Shown in pieces: positions 1 to 10,218 of a DNA stretch of 64,000 nucleotides. This DNA comes from Planctomycetota bacterium (GTDB lineage: Bacteria; Planctomycetota; UBA11346), in the NCBI GenBank assembly GCA_044338255.1, contig JBIILZ010000001.1, positions 15,769-79,768 on the forward strand, written 5' to 3'. Under the pieces are notes generated by a model. The model had not been told where the DNA came from. It saw nothing but the letters and a program-made list of their open reading frames with translations, and did no database searches. How positions within the stretch are numbered: position 1 is the stretch's first letter; every line of letters starts with the position of its first letter. The translations under genes were made by a program, and so were the position numbers.

Positions 1-1278
1 ATCACGACGGGTATGGACCCAGGCTTCGCCGCCGCCCAACTGCGGTTGCCGCGCAGAGACCAGAGCCACGCCATGACCGGGCGCAAACCATGGACCTTCG
101 AGCAGCGGGCGCACCTGCAGCTCGACCTGCAAGGTCTGCCCGTGCCGTTCAAGGAAGCATCCCGGCTGCACGATGGGCGGCAGCTCGCGGGTTTCGCCGG
201 GCGGGGCCACGCCCAGGCGGGCGGTGACCGCACCCACCGCCCCGGCGCTCAATAACGCCGTCGGAATCGCCACCGGATGGCGGTGCAGGCGCGCCAACGC
301 CAGGGTCTGTCCAGAGGTCGCCGCCAGCACCAGCAACTGGGCGGTGGTGCCTTGGCCGCCGGGGCTCGCGGCCACCACCACGTCATCGCCGTAGAACCGC
401 GTCCATTCGTCGCGATTTTCGAATTGCGGACAATGCACCCGATAACCGTCGGGGTCTTCCTGAAGGGTCAGCGACAAACCGGCAACGGTAGTCGAGAGCA
501 GCTGCCCGGTCTCGTCCATGAGGTTGTGTTGGCTGACCAGGTTGCGCCACAGCGCGAACGAACGCAGGGCACGCTCCTGGTCCTCAACCAGCAAGCCAAG
601 CAGCAGGCGATCGGTGGCCGTGAGCGTCACGGTCAGGGCCTGCGCGAGATCGCGCAGCGGGCGCAGCTTGCCCCAGCCGCTCTTGGTGCGCGGCTGCAGC
701 GCCGGCTGCAACGGTCGGTGCTGGCTGAGATTGACCACCCAGATCAGGCGGCGTTCGACGTGCTTGGCGACGGCGTCGGCCTGGCGCTGGGCGTCTTCGC
801 GCTCCTTCACTCCGAGGTCGCGATCGAGGGCCTCGAACAGCACCCGGGCTTCCTCGGCGGCGCTGATGCCGAGCACCTCGCGCAGGGGGGCAAGGTGGTG
901 CCATTGGCGGTGCTCGACGCGCGCGGCGATGACCTTGGCCAACGACCACAGGTGCAGGCAGATCGCCCCCGGTTTGGCGTTGGCGCGCTGGAAGCCGCAG
1001 GTGCAATGCAGGTTGAGCTGGAAGCGGTTGGCCAGGTGGGGGAGGATCTCGATCAGCGGATGCTGCACGGCCTTGCGCGGCGCCGTCTCATCGAAGGCCA
1101 TCTTCACATGCGCGCCGACCAGCTCCTGCTCGCCGGGGGCGCTGTGGGCGCGGCAGGCCTCGCTATGCAGCTCGCTGTGGGTGCCCTTGCCACTGTATTG
1201 CCAGTGCAAGTCCGCCAGCACCAACCCGTGCAGGTGATGATGGAGGGTGCTGATCCGTTCGTTTGCGGCAGCCAACAT
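1..1278 (-). CDS. SWIM zinc-finger domain protein (N-terminal ~425 codons; gene runs off the window start)
   Basis: Absent from the ORF track because no stop lies in the window. My minus-strand translation from ATG (rc of 1276-1278) is continuous to position 1: MLAAANERISTLHHH...LHCTCGFQRANAKPGAICLHLW (CxCx13CxH SWIM signature)...CPQFENRDEW... The listed + strand ORF 277..1512 is its antisense. Confidence 0.5.
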   Translation of the reverse strand, partial: MLAAANERISTLHHHLHGLVLADLHWQYSGKGTHSELHSEACRAHSAPGEQELVGAHVKMAFDETAPRKAVQHPLIEILPHLANRFQLNLHCTCGFQRANAKPGAICLHLWSLAKVIAARVEHRQWHHLAPLREVLGISAAEEARVLFEALDRDLGVKEREDAQRQADAVAKHVERRLIWVVNLSQHRPLQPALQPRTKSGWGKLRPLRDLAQALTVTLTATDRLLLGLLVEDQERALRSFALWRNLVSQHNLMDETGQLLSTTVAGLSLTLQEDPDGYRVHCPQFENRDEWTRFYGDDVVVAASPGGQGTTAQLLVLAATSGQTLALARLHRHPVAIPTALLSAGAVGAVTARLGVAPPGETRELPPIVQPGCFLERHGQTLQVELQVRPLLEGPWFAPGHGVALVSARQPQLGGGEAWVHTRRD

Positions 1279-1405
1279 TGGCTAGAAGAGTCGGGCAGTC
1301 ACGTACAGCGCAAGGGGGACCTGCCGCCGGCGAGCGGAGCATGGCGCTACAGTCATGAGCTTCCGTGCCGCCGGCGGTCCGCCCGCACAAATACGACTAT
1401 CGCCG

Positions 1406-1474
1406 TTTTCAGTCGTCACTTTGCCTCATTTTCGTTCGTCGCTGTGCGTCTTTTTCAATCGTCGCTTTGCGCCT
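1406..1474. repeat. three tandem ~23-bp direct repeats (TTTTCRNTCGTCRCTKTGCSYC) in the prfB-stop / SWIM-gene-start intergenic region
   Basis: Copies at 1406-1428, 1429-1451 and 1452-1474 read TTTTCAGTCGTCACTTTGCCTCA / TTTTCGTTCGTCGCTGTGCGTCT / TTTTCAATCGTCGCTTTGCGCCT. Confidence 0.6.
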
Positions 1475-2582
1475 TGCGATCGGGACGGCCGGCGAGGACC
1501 CAGCGCAAGTAGGCATCCAGGAACGGCTGCAGGTCGCCATCGAGGACTTCCTGGATCCGGCTGGTAGTATGGCCGGTGCGCAGATCCTTGACCATCTGAT
1601 AGGGCATCATCACGTACGAACGGATCTGATGGCCCCAGGCGATGGTCCCGCGCTCGCCGCGGAAATCCTTGAGCTCTTCCAGGCGTTCGGTGTCCTTGGC
1701 CTGCTGCAGCTTAGCCGCGAGCATGCGCATGGCAGTGGCCTTATTCTGCACCTGGCTGCGTTCGAGCTGGCAGGCTACGAACATCCCCGTCGGGATATGG
1801 GTCACGCGCACCGCCGAATCGGTTTTATTAACGTGCTGACCGCCCGCGCCAGAGGCCCGGAAGGTATCGATGCGCAGTTCCTTATCATCGAGTTTGACCT
1901 CAGCGACATCGGCCATTTCGGGAGTGATTTCAATCGCCGCGAAACTGGTCTGACGGCGAGCATTGCTGTCGAATGGAGAAATACGCACCAGACGATGCGT
2001 GCCCATCTCGGCCTTCAGGTAGCCATAGACATTTTCGCCGGAAATGCGCACCGAACAGGCTTTCAAGCCGGCGATTTCACCTGGCAGCATGTCGAGAACG
2101 TCGAAGGTCCAGCCCTTTTTCTGGCAGAAGGCGCTGTACATGCGGAAGAGGATCTCGCCCCAATCGCAGCTTTCGGTACCGCCGGCACCGGGCTTGATCG
2201 ACAGGTAGACGTCGGCGCTGTCGTATTTTCCCGACAGCGCGAGGGTCAGCTCAAGCTGCTCGTAGGCCTCGACGAGCCGCGCGTGCTCGGCATCGAGATC
2301 GGCGAGCGTGCCGGCATCACCGTCGTTTTCCGCCATTTCGCAGAGTTCGCGGGCATCGCGGGCGGCGCCCGCAAGAATCCGCCAGGGCTCGACGATGCCC
2401 TTGATGCTCTTGAGCTCGCCGACCTGGGTCTGGGCGCGCGCCTGATCGGTCCAGAAATCGCCCTCGGCCATGCGCGATTCCAGTCGCGAGATCTGCTGCT
2501 CTTTCAACGGAATATCGACGACCTTGGAAAATTCGCCGATCTTCTTCTCGATGGCGCTTAAACGCTCGTGCAATTCACCCAC
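1455..2582 (-). CDS. prfB: peptide chain release factor 2
   Basis: SPF motif (RISPFDSNARRQTSFA) and GGQ motif (GAGGQHVNKTDSAVRVTHIPTG). Likely start is GTG at 2582 with GAAGGA 8 nt upstream; the ATG at 2777 in the track gives an implausible 65-aa extension. The reading frame is continuous, with no +1 frameshift site. Confidence 0.88.
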   Translation of the reverse strand: MGELHERLSAIEKKIGEFSKVVDIPLKEQQISRLESRMAEGDFWTDQARAQTQVGELKSIKGIVEPWRILAGAARDARELCEMAENDGDAGTLADLDAEHARLVEAYEQLELTLALSGKYDSADVYLSIKPGAGGTESCDWGEILFRMYSAFCQKKGWTFDVLDMLPGEIAGLKACSVRISGENVYGYLKAEMGTHRLVRISPFDSNARRQTSFAAIEITPEMADVAEVKLDDKELRIDTFRASGAGGQHVNKTDSAVRVTHIPTGMFVACQLERSQVQNKATAMRMLAAKLQQAKDTERLEELKDFRGERGTIAWGHQIRSYVMMPYQMVKDLRTGHTTSRIQEVLDGDLQPFLDAYLRWVLAGRPDRKAQSDD

Positions 2583-2840
2583 GGGGGGTCCTTCGGTCAG
2601 GGGCTTACGGGACCGTAACACTGTGGTGCGCGGACGCGCCGGGCAAGCAACCCCGGTTGGTAGTGGTAATTGAAAAAGTCTTGCTACACTCCCCGGGCGA
2701 CCGCGTCTTAAGCGGTCACCGTCGGCGGCTACGTCCAGCCGCCCGGAGCATCCGCTCCGGTCATCAAAGACGTTCACTACGGTCCACGCTGTGGTGAGCT
2801 ATCAGTTAGGGGGCGGTTAATCGCCCCGTTCGAGGTCTCT

Positions 2841-3212
2841 GTGGAACTCTATGTCGGTAACTTGCCCTGGTCGATCAACGACGACGGGCTGACTCAACTC
2901 TTTGCGACGCACGGCAAGGTCGCACGCGCCAAGGTCGTGATGGATCGCGAAACGGGCCGCAGCCGCGGCTTCGGTTTCGTGACCATGGGCTCGCCTGCTG
3001 AAGGCACCTCGGCCATCAACGCGCTCAACGGCCTCGACTGCGAAGGCCGCCCTCTGCGCGTCCGCGCAGCTGAGCCTAAGCCACCGGGTGGCGCTGGCGG
3101 CGGCGGTGGATTCGGCGGCGGCGGCGGAGACCGCGGCGGCGACCGTGGCGATCGCGGCCCTCGTCGTGACGACCGCGGCCCTCGCGGCGGCGGCGGGTTC
3201 GGCTCACGCTGA
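2841..3212 (+). CDS. RRM-type RNA-binding protein with Gly/Arg-rich tail
   Basis: RNP-2 LYVGNL and RNP-1 RGFGFVTM, then a GGGGFGGGGGDRGGDRGDRG tail. GTG start. Confidence 0.85.
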   Translation: MELYVGNLPWSINDDGLTQLFATHGKVARAKVVMDRETGRSRGFGFVTMGSPAEGTSAINALNGLDCEGRPLRVRAAEPKPPGGAGGGGGFGGGGGDRGGDRGDRGPRRDDRGPRGGGGFGSR

Positions 3213-3352
3213 ACTGAGTTGAACGACCCGCAGATGATCGGCTGACGCTGATCGTCTGCGGGTACATTCTCTCTGCTGTACAACAGTATCGGGTACACCT
3301 AGATGGAAATCCATCTGGGTGTCTTCGTTTTCGATTTCACGAAAGTTATTTT

Positions 3353-3387
3353 TCCAAAAAAAGCCCAGCGGAGCACACTCCGCTGGG
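3353..3387 (-). terminator. intrinsic terminator downstream of the rhodanese gene
   Basis: Perfect hairpin CCCAGCGGA-gcacac-TCCGCTGGG followed on the minus strand by a T9 run; 20 nt past the stop at 3408. Confidence 0.6.
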
Positions 3388-3407
3388 CGTTTTAAGACCG
3401 CTATAAA

Positions 3408-3842
3408 TTACTTGGCGACCGCGGCGCCAGCCTCGATCCAGCCGGAAATGCCTGCCGAATAGTGTCGAACATTGGTATAACCGAGCGCCTGGGCAGCCTG
3501 GGCACCCGCCTTATAAGCCGAGCAGTAGGGTCCGCCGCAATAGGCCACAACCAAGGCCGCTTTGTCCTTGGGCAGGTGGGCCGCGAGATCCTTGCCATGG
3601 GTCGCGAAATCGATGGCTCCGGGGATATGCCCTCCCGCGAAGGAGTCGCTGCCATTGCAATCAATCGGGGTGACCTGCTTGGCGGCGATGGCCTTGGTCA
3701 ATTCAGCCGTGGAGATATCGGCAAATGCCGTGGCACCGACGGTTGCTGGGGCGGGAGTCGTCACGGGCTCAGCGGCCGATATCGAAACCGCCGTGGTCAT
3801 CGCCATGACGGCAGCAACGCAAAAAAAAGCAGAATAACGCAT
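3408..3842 (-). CDS. secreted rhodanese-domain sulfurtransferase
   Basis: Signal peptide MRYSAFFCVAAVMAMTTAVSISAA; rhodanese motifs CNGSDSFAGGHIPGAI and VVAYCGGPYCS (active-site Cys loop). Confidence 0.8.
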   Translation of the reverse strand: MRYSAFFCVAAVMAMTTAVSISAAEPVTTPAPATVGATAFADISTAELTKAIAAKQVTPIDCNGSDSFAGGHIPGAIDFATHGKDLAAHLPKDKAALVVAYCGGPYCSAYKAGAQAAQALGYTNVRHYSAGISGWIEAGAAVAK

Positions 3843-3904
3843 GATGGAGTTTCCTTGCAGACGGGGACTCCGAATCTAGGCACAGCTTTCAGACATCCAA
3901 GGCC

Positions 3905-3949
3905 GAGAAAAAGTCATGACAAAGCCCCAGCGGAAATCCGCTGGGGCTT
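3905..3949 (-). terminator. intrinsic terminator downstream of the A/K/E-rich lipoprotein gene
   Basis: 13-bp perfect stem AAGCCCCAGCGGA/TCCGCTGGGGCTT, then a T-rich tract on the minus strand (TTGTCATGACTTTTTCT). The stem sequence is nearly identical to the 3353-3387 hairpin. Confidence 0.55.
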
Positions 3950-3976
3950 CAGACAACGCAAACAACGCGCTGGCGT

Positions 3977-5038
3977 TTACGGTTGGGCTGGCGCCGCCGG
4001 AGCCGGCACGACCGCCGGAACCAACGGCACGGTGTACTTGCCACCGTGACTGAAGGTCGTCTCGGCCGCACGATCCTCAAGGTAAGGGTCGGCAGCTGGC
4101 TTGGCGGAAGCCGCGGCTTTCGCGGCGGCAGCGGCGGCGGCCTTTTCGGCGGCAGCCTTCTCAGCAGCAGCGGCAGCAGCCTTTTCAGCGGCGGCTTTTT
4201 CCGCAGCAGCCTTGGCGGCAGCTTCCTCAGCTGCAGCCTTCTTGGCCGCGGCTTGGCGCTCAGCATCCGACATCGCGGCCTGCTTCGCAGCTTCGGCGGC
4301 CGCGGCTTCGTCGGCAGCCTTCTTGGCCGCGGCTTCGTCAGCAGCCTTCTTGGCGGCAGCTTCGTCCGCAGCCTTCTTGGCGGCGAGGGCAGCGGTCTCT
4401 TCGGCGGCCTTCTGAGCGGCGAGTTCGCTCGCGGCAACGGCGGCGGCGGCGGCAGCGGCAGCCGCCGCCGCGGTCTTGGCGGCAGCTTCACGAGCAGCCG
4501 CTTCTTCGGCGAGCTTGGCCTTGGCGGCGGCTTCTTCAGCGCGCTTCTTGGCGATGGCGTCAGCCTTGGCCTTGGCGGCCTCGCTGGCATCGGCAGCTTC
4601 CTTGGCCTTGGCGGCGGCGGTGTTCTCGTCGAGATCGGCTGCCTTCTTGGCGGCCTCGGCCTTTTCCTGGCCGGCCTTGGCTTCCGGGAGGGTGGCCTTG
4701 GCGAGATCGAAACCAGCCGCGGTCTTGGCGGCAGCGGCCTGCTCCATGGAAGCGGTGGCGGCCACGGCGGCAGCAGCGGCGGCGGCGGCGGCCTTATCGG
4801 CCTCAGCCTTCACTTCGGGATCGCCGTTTTCGGCAGACTTGGCGGCATCGGCGGCGGCGCTGGCAGCCTTGTCTTTGGCGGCGGCCGCATTCTTGGCTTC
4901 GGCCGCGGCACCTTCGGAAGCGGCGCTGGCGGCGGTCTTGGCCTTGGCGATGTCCTCGGCGTCACCGCAACCGGTGAGGCAGAGAGCCGTGGCGAGGGCG
5001 GACGCAGCAAGAGTCGTAGCGAGAGTCTGACGGTTCAT
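3977..5038 (-). CDS. Ala/Lys/Glu-rich repetitive lipoprotein
   Basis: MNRQTLATTLAASALATALCLTGC lipobox. The body is almost entirely A/K/E/D with tandem 10-aa repeats AAKKAADEAA x3 (30-nt DNA repeats ~4290-4390). C-terminal ~35 aa are non-repetitive (PYLEDRAAETTFSHGGKYTVPLVP...). Start chosen at the Met preceding the signal peptide (track ORF starts 11 codons upstream). Confidence 0.7.
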   Translation of the reverse strand: MNRQTLATTLAASALATALCLTGCGDAEDIAKAKTAASAASEGAAAEAKNAAAAKDKAASAAADAAKSAENGDPEVKAEADKAAAAAAAAAVAATASMEQAAAAKTAAGFDLAKATLPEAKAGQEKAEAAKKAADLDENTAAAKAKEAADASEAAKAKADAIAKKRAEEAAAKAKLAEEAAAREAAAKTAAAAAAAAAAAVAASELAAQKAAEETAALAAKKAADEAAAKKAADEAAAKKAADEAAAAEAAKQAAMSDAERQAAAKKAAAEEAAAKAAAEKAAAEKAAAAAAEKAAAEKAAAAAAAKAAASAKPAADPYLEDRAAETTFSHGGKYTVPLVPAVVPAPAAPAQP

Positions 5039-5120
5039 GGAATTCCCTTCAAGAAGATAAAATGAAGGCACGGATGTAGCGAACGTTTAGCGTCTGTCCA
5101 CCGCGCTTTGCCGTCGGCGC

Positions 5121-5981
5121 TCACAATACACGGGATAAAAGATAGGCTGCGGGGGCGGCGATGATGAGCGCATCGAGGACATCGAGCATGCCGCCGAAGC
5201 CCGGCATCACCGTGCCCGAATCCTTGCGCCCGGCGGCCCGCTTCAGGCAGCTTTCGGCGAGATCACCGAGCACGCCCAAGGGCCCCAGAATCACGCCCCA
5301 GACCGCTGGTTGCCACCATCCCGCAAACGGCGGCTGTGCTCCCCAGGTAGTAGGCAACCAGGCGAACAAGTAGCTGCCGCCGATGGCGCCGATGAAGCTG
5401 CAGGCGAAGCCCTCCCAGGTCTTGCCGGGGCTGATCGACGGGCACATCTTATGCCGGCCAAAGGTCTTCCCGCCGAAGAAAGCCGTGACATCGCTGCATT
5501 TCACGGCGGCGATGAAGACCAGCACCAAGGCCCCGCCAGTGGGCAGCGCCGCCATCCGCTGCAGCAGCAGGAAGGGGATGCCGAGATAGGCGATGCCGAG
5601 CATGGTCGCTCCGACATGGGCGAAGATCTCCTGCGGACCACGACGGAACATCTGCTCGAGGAGCGCGCAGCCGAGGGCCACGCCGATGATCGTGGCGGCA
5701 GCATCGCCATTGGCGAAATCCGCCCACGGACCATCTACCAGACCCACCATCGGCAAGGCCACGAGGAGCACATTGGCGCCCAGGACCGGGATCAACGAGA
5801 GCTGCGGCACCAGCGTGCGCGCGAGCCGCACATATTCGCGCGAGCCGATGATAACCCCGATAAACGCCATGGTTGCCGTGCCGACGTGGGACTGGCGCGA
5901 GACGTCGGTGGCCACCGCGATGGTCGCCAGGGCGGCGAAGAGGAGACCGAAGACGATGCGGTTACGAAGTTCGTGCGACAT
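5121..5981 (-). CDS. cdsA: phosphatidate cytidylyltransferase
   Basis: Polytopic membrane protein with SPGKTWEG and GFGGMLD(V)LD signature motifs. Confidence 0.88.
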   Translation of the reverse strand: MSHELRNRIVFGLLFAALATIAVATDVSRQSHVGTATMAFIGVIIGSREYVRLARTLVPQLSLIPVLGANVLLVALPMVGLVDGPWADFANGDAAATIIGVALGCALLEQMFRRGPQEIFAHVGATMLGIAYLGIPFLLLQRMAALPTGGALVLVFIAAVKCSDVTAFFGGKTFGRHKMCPSISPGKTWEGFACSFIGAIGGSYLFAWLPTTWGAQPPFAGWWQPAVWGVILGPLGVLGDLAESCLKRAAGRKDSGTVMPGFGGMLDVLDALIIAAPAAYLLSRVL

Positions 5982-5990
5982 GGCGGGTAA

Positions 5991-7547
<1,557 letters not shown>

Positions 7548-7551
7548 GCAC

Positions 7552-9099
7552 GTGAGCCATCAAAAGATCGTCATTCTAGATTTCGGGTCGCAGGTGACCC
7601 AGCTGATCGCTCGCCGCGTACGCGAGGCCAAAGTATTCTGCGAAATCCATCCCTTTCACGCTGCCGCCACGGCGGTGGTCGGCGCCACCGGCATCATCCT
7701 TTCGGGTGGTCCGGCCTCGGTGTACGTCCCCGGCGCACCGCAGATCGATCCGGCAATCTTCCGGCTCGGCGTGCCGGTGCTCGGCATCTGCTACGGCATG
7801 CAGGTCACCGCCCACAATTGCGGCGGCAAGGTGGTCAAAGCCGAGGATCGCGAATTCGGCCGCACCGACCTCAGCTGCGATGTGAGCAGCGCGCTGTTCG
7901 CCGATCTGCCGGCGCAGCAGGCGGTGTGGATGTCACATGGCGATCGCATCGAAGGCATTCCCGGAGCGCAGGTCATTGCCAGCTCGCACAACTGCCCGCT
8001 GGCGGCGGTGCATGCTCCCGCGCTCAATTTCTGGGGCGTGCAATTCCATCCGGAAGTCGCGCACACCACCCACGGGGCGGCGATCATCCGCAACTTCCTG
8101 ACGCACATCTGCGGCTGCCGCGGCGACTGGACGATGGGCTCGTTCATCGATGAGGAGATCGCCCGCACACGCGCGCAGGTCGGCACGGATCAGGTCATCC
8201 TCGGACTGTCCGGTGGCGTCGATTCGTCGGTGGCGGCGGTGCTGCTGCACAAGGCCATCGGCAAGCAGCTGACCTGCATCTTCGTCAACAACGGCCTGCT
8301 GCGTCAAGGCGAAGCCGACGGCGTGCAGAAGCTCTTCGCCGATCACATCGGTTTGAATCTCATCTATGTCGACGCTTCCACGCGCTTCCTCGACGCCTTG
8401 GCGGGAGTCAGCGATCCCGAGCAGAAGCGCAAGATCATCGGCAAGCTGTTCGTCGACGTGTTCAAGGACGAGGCCCTGCGCCTGAAGAACAACGACGGCG
8501 GGCACGTCAAATTCCTCGCCCAGGGCACGCTCTATCCCGATGTCATCGAATCGGTGTCGGTGCACGGCGGCCCGGCCTCGGTGATCAAGAGCCACCATAA
8601 CGTCGGTGGTCTGCCGGCCGATCTCGGCCTCGGCCTGGTCGAGCCGTTCCGCTTCCTGTTCAAGGATGAGGTCCGCGCCATCGGCACGGAATTGCAGCTC
8701 GCCGACGAAGTCGTCTGGCGCCAGCCGTTTCCCGGACCCGGTCTGGCGGTGCGCATCCTCGGCGACATCACCGCCGAGAAGATCGCCCTGCTGCAGAAAG
8801 CCGACGCCATCGTCCGCGAAGAACTCAAGGCCGCCGGTCTCGAGCGCAAGATCTGGCAGTCGTTCGCCGTCCTGCTGCCGGTGAAATCGGTCGGCGTAAT
8901 GGGCGACGAGCGCACCTACGAATGCGCCTGCGCGATCCGCGCGGTGACCTCGACCGACGGCATGACCGCCGACTTCGCGCACATCCCGCACGAGGTCCTC
9001 GGCAAGATGAGCAACCGCATCATCAACGAAGTCCGCGGCATCAACCGCGTGGTCTACGACATCACCTCGAAGCCGCCGGGCACGATCGAATGGGAATGA
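7552..9099 (+). CDS. guaA: GMP synthase (glutamine-hydrolysing)
   Basis: GATase domain ([25 protein letters not shown]), ATP-PPase SGGVDSSV and a dimerisation C-terminus; 515 aa, directly after guaB. Confidence 0.95.
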   Translation: MSHQKIVILDFGSQVTQLIARRVREAKVFCEIHPFHAAATAVVGATGIILSGGPASVYVPGAPQIDPAIFRLGVPVLGICYGMQVTAHNCGGKVVKAEDREFGRTDLSCDVSSALFADLPAQQAVWMSHGDRIEGIPGAQVIASSHNCPLAAVHAPALNFWGVQFHPEVAHTTHGAAIIRNFLTHICGCRGDWTMGSFIDEEIARTRAQVGTDQVILGLSGGVDSSVAAVLLHKAIGKQLTCIFVNNGLLRQGEADGVQKLFADHIGLNLIYVDASTRFLDALAGVSDPEQKRKIIGKLFVDVFKDEALRLKNNDGGHVKFLAQGTLYPDVIESVSVHGGPASVIKSHHNVGGLPADLGLGLVEPFRFLFKDEVRAIGTELQLADEVVWRQPFPGPGLAVRILGDITAEKIALLQKADAIVREELKAAGLERKIWQSFAVLLPVKSVGVMGDERTYECACAIRAVTSTDGMTADFAHIPHEVLGKMSNRIINEVRGINRVVYDITSKPPGTIEWE

Positions 9100-9127
9100 T
9101 CAGCCGGCGGTAAAAACCGGATGACTC

Positions 9128-9166
9128 AGACGGGGCCGGGCATTCGCTCAGGCCCGTCTTTTTTAT
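9128..9166 (+). terminator. intrinsic terminator after guaA
   Basis: AGACGGGGCC...GGCCCGTCT hairpin followed by TTTTTTA. Confidence 0.6.
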
Positions 9167-9185
9167 CCAACGCCAAGGATGTCTC

Positions 9186-9860
9186 GTGCCCGACCCTCAG
9201 ATATCTGGACCTTCACGTTGGCGCCTGGCGGTGGCGCTGGTGGCCTTGCCGCTGCTCACCGGCGCCGTGCTGCGCGTGGCCTTGGCGGTGGCTTATCTGC
9301 ATGACGCCGCCTCGCTGCTGGGCGTGCTGTTCGCACTGGTGCTCGGCAGCGTGCTCGATGCGGCGGTCTCGCTCATCGCCCTGACACCCGTGCTGGTGCT
9401 GGTGATCTGCGCGCGCGAGTCCTTCTTCGACGGACCTTGGGCGCGACGGTTACTCTTGGCCGTGTGGGTCTTCGGACTCGGTTTCCTGGCCACGGCCGAA
9501 TGGTTCTTTTGGGACGAATTCACCTCGCGCTTCAATCACATCGCCCTCGACTACCTCATCTACCCGCATGAGGTCTTCGTCAATATCTGGGAGAGCTACC
9601 ATGTGCCGGCGGTGGTCGGCAGTCTGGGCGCGGAATTCGTCGGCGGCCTGGGCAGCAGCAATGCCTGTACACCGCAGCTCGACCGCTGGTCGCAGCAGGG
9701 CCTGCTGCTCACCAACCTGATCGCCAATGGCAACCGCACCGTGCGCGGCCTCGAAGGGGTGCTGTGCAGCTTCTTGCCGGTGCCACCGGATTCGGTGGTG
9801 AAACGCGACCGCAGCAACGATCTTTCTAGGAGTCTGTCTGAGATAGGCGCCCGAGGATGA
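9186..9860 (+). pseudogene. N-terminal membrane-domain fragment of a sulfatase/LtaS-family protein, truncated inside a repeat element
   Basis: Five TM segments, then FTSRFNHIALDYLIYPHEVFVNIWESYHVP, resembling the N-terminal domain of LtaS/MdoB-type sulfatase-family membrane proteins. No catalytic sulfatase domain follows. The last 11 codons (…LSRSLSEIGARG*) are encoded by repeat copy A. Confidence 0.4.
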
Positions 9861-9968
9861 CGAAGGGATCGTGCGGCAGATCCAAGGCGGCAAAAGGGGC
9901 GGATAGCGAAAGCTATCTGACCTTTTTGCCAACGCCGGAGATGCCATACGAGACCGAGTCAGCCGACC
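9827..9968. repeat. MITE-like palindromic repeat, copy A (variant left end)
   Basis: Starts TAGGAGTCTGTCTGAGATAGG; its interior is ~90% identical to copy B (GATGACGAAGGGATCGTGCGGCAGATCCAAGGCGGCAAAAGGGGCGGATAGCGAAAGCTATCTGACC...GACCGAGTCAGCCGACC). Confidence 0.7.
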
Positions 9969-10051
9969 AAGCCTACTCGCGCCGACCTTGCTCTCGCTCA
10001 TCGGCGGCGGTAGCCCATCGATCTACGTGTCTTCATCGACAATTCCTTACC

Positions 10052-10218
10052 TAGGAGCCTGTCGGGAATAGATGACCGAGGATGGCGAAGGGATCGTACG
10101 GCAGATCCAAGGCGGCAAGGCGGGCGGATAGCAGGAGCTATCTGACCGTTTTGCCAACGCCGGAGCTGCCGTACGAGACCGAGTCAGCCGACCGAATCTA
10201 TTCCCGACAGGCTCCTAG
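10052..10218. repeat. MITE-like palindromic repeat, copy B (full form, 167 bp)
   Basis: 22-bp terminal inverted repeats TAGGAGCCTGTCGGGAATAGAT / ATCTATTCCCGACAGGCTCCTAG. Internal ~97-bp segment flanked by a 7-bp direct duplication GACCGAG, with 11-bp inverted ends (TCGTACGGCAG/CTGCCGTACGA) and central palindrome GATAGCAGGAGCTATC. Confidence 0.75.

Noticed and set aside
277-1512. 411-aa + strand ORF
   Set aside because: Antisense to the SWIM-domain gene. Gly/Arg/Ala/Leu-dominated composition typical of high-GC opposite-strand frames; the minus-strand frame gives a coherent protein with a SWIM signature.
2583-2777. 65-codon N-terminal extension of prfB from the ATG at 2777
   Set aside because: Not homologous to RF2 N-termini. 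The GTG at 2582 with an upstream GAAGGA gives the canonical length.
3949-5065. Alternative-frame ORFs over the lipoprotein gene (3983..5065 +, 3949..4590 -, 4101..4415 +, 4476..5030 +)
   Set aside because: Open only because the Ala/Lys repeat DNA lacks stops in any frame. Only the minus frame carries a signal peptide, lipobox and sensible start.
9827-10218. Repeat copies A and B as a CRISPR-like or tandem duplication of coding sequence
   Set aside because: Only two units with a 223-bp unrelated spacer, a palindromic internal structure and a third dispersed copy at 25697. Better explained as a MITE/REP-type family.
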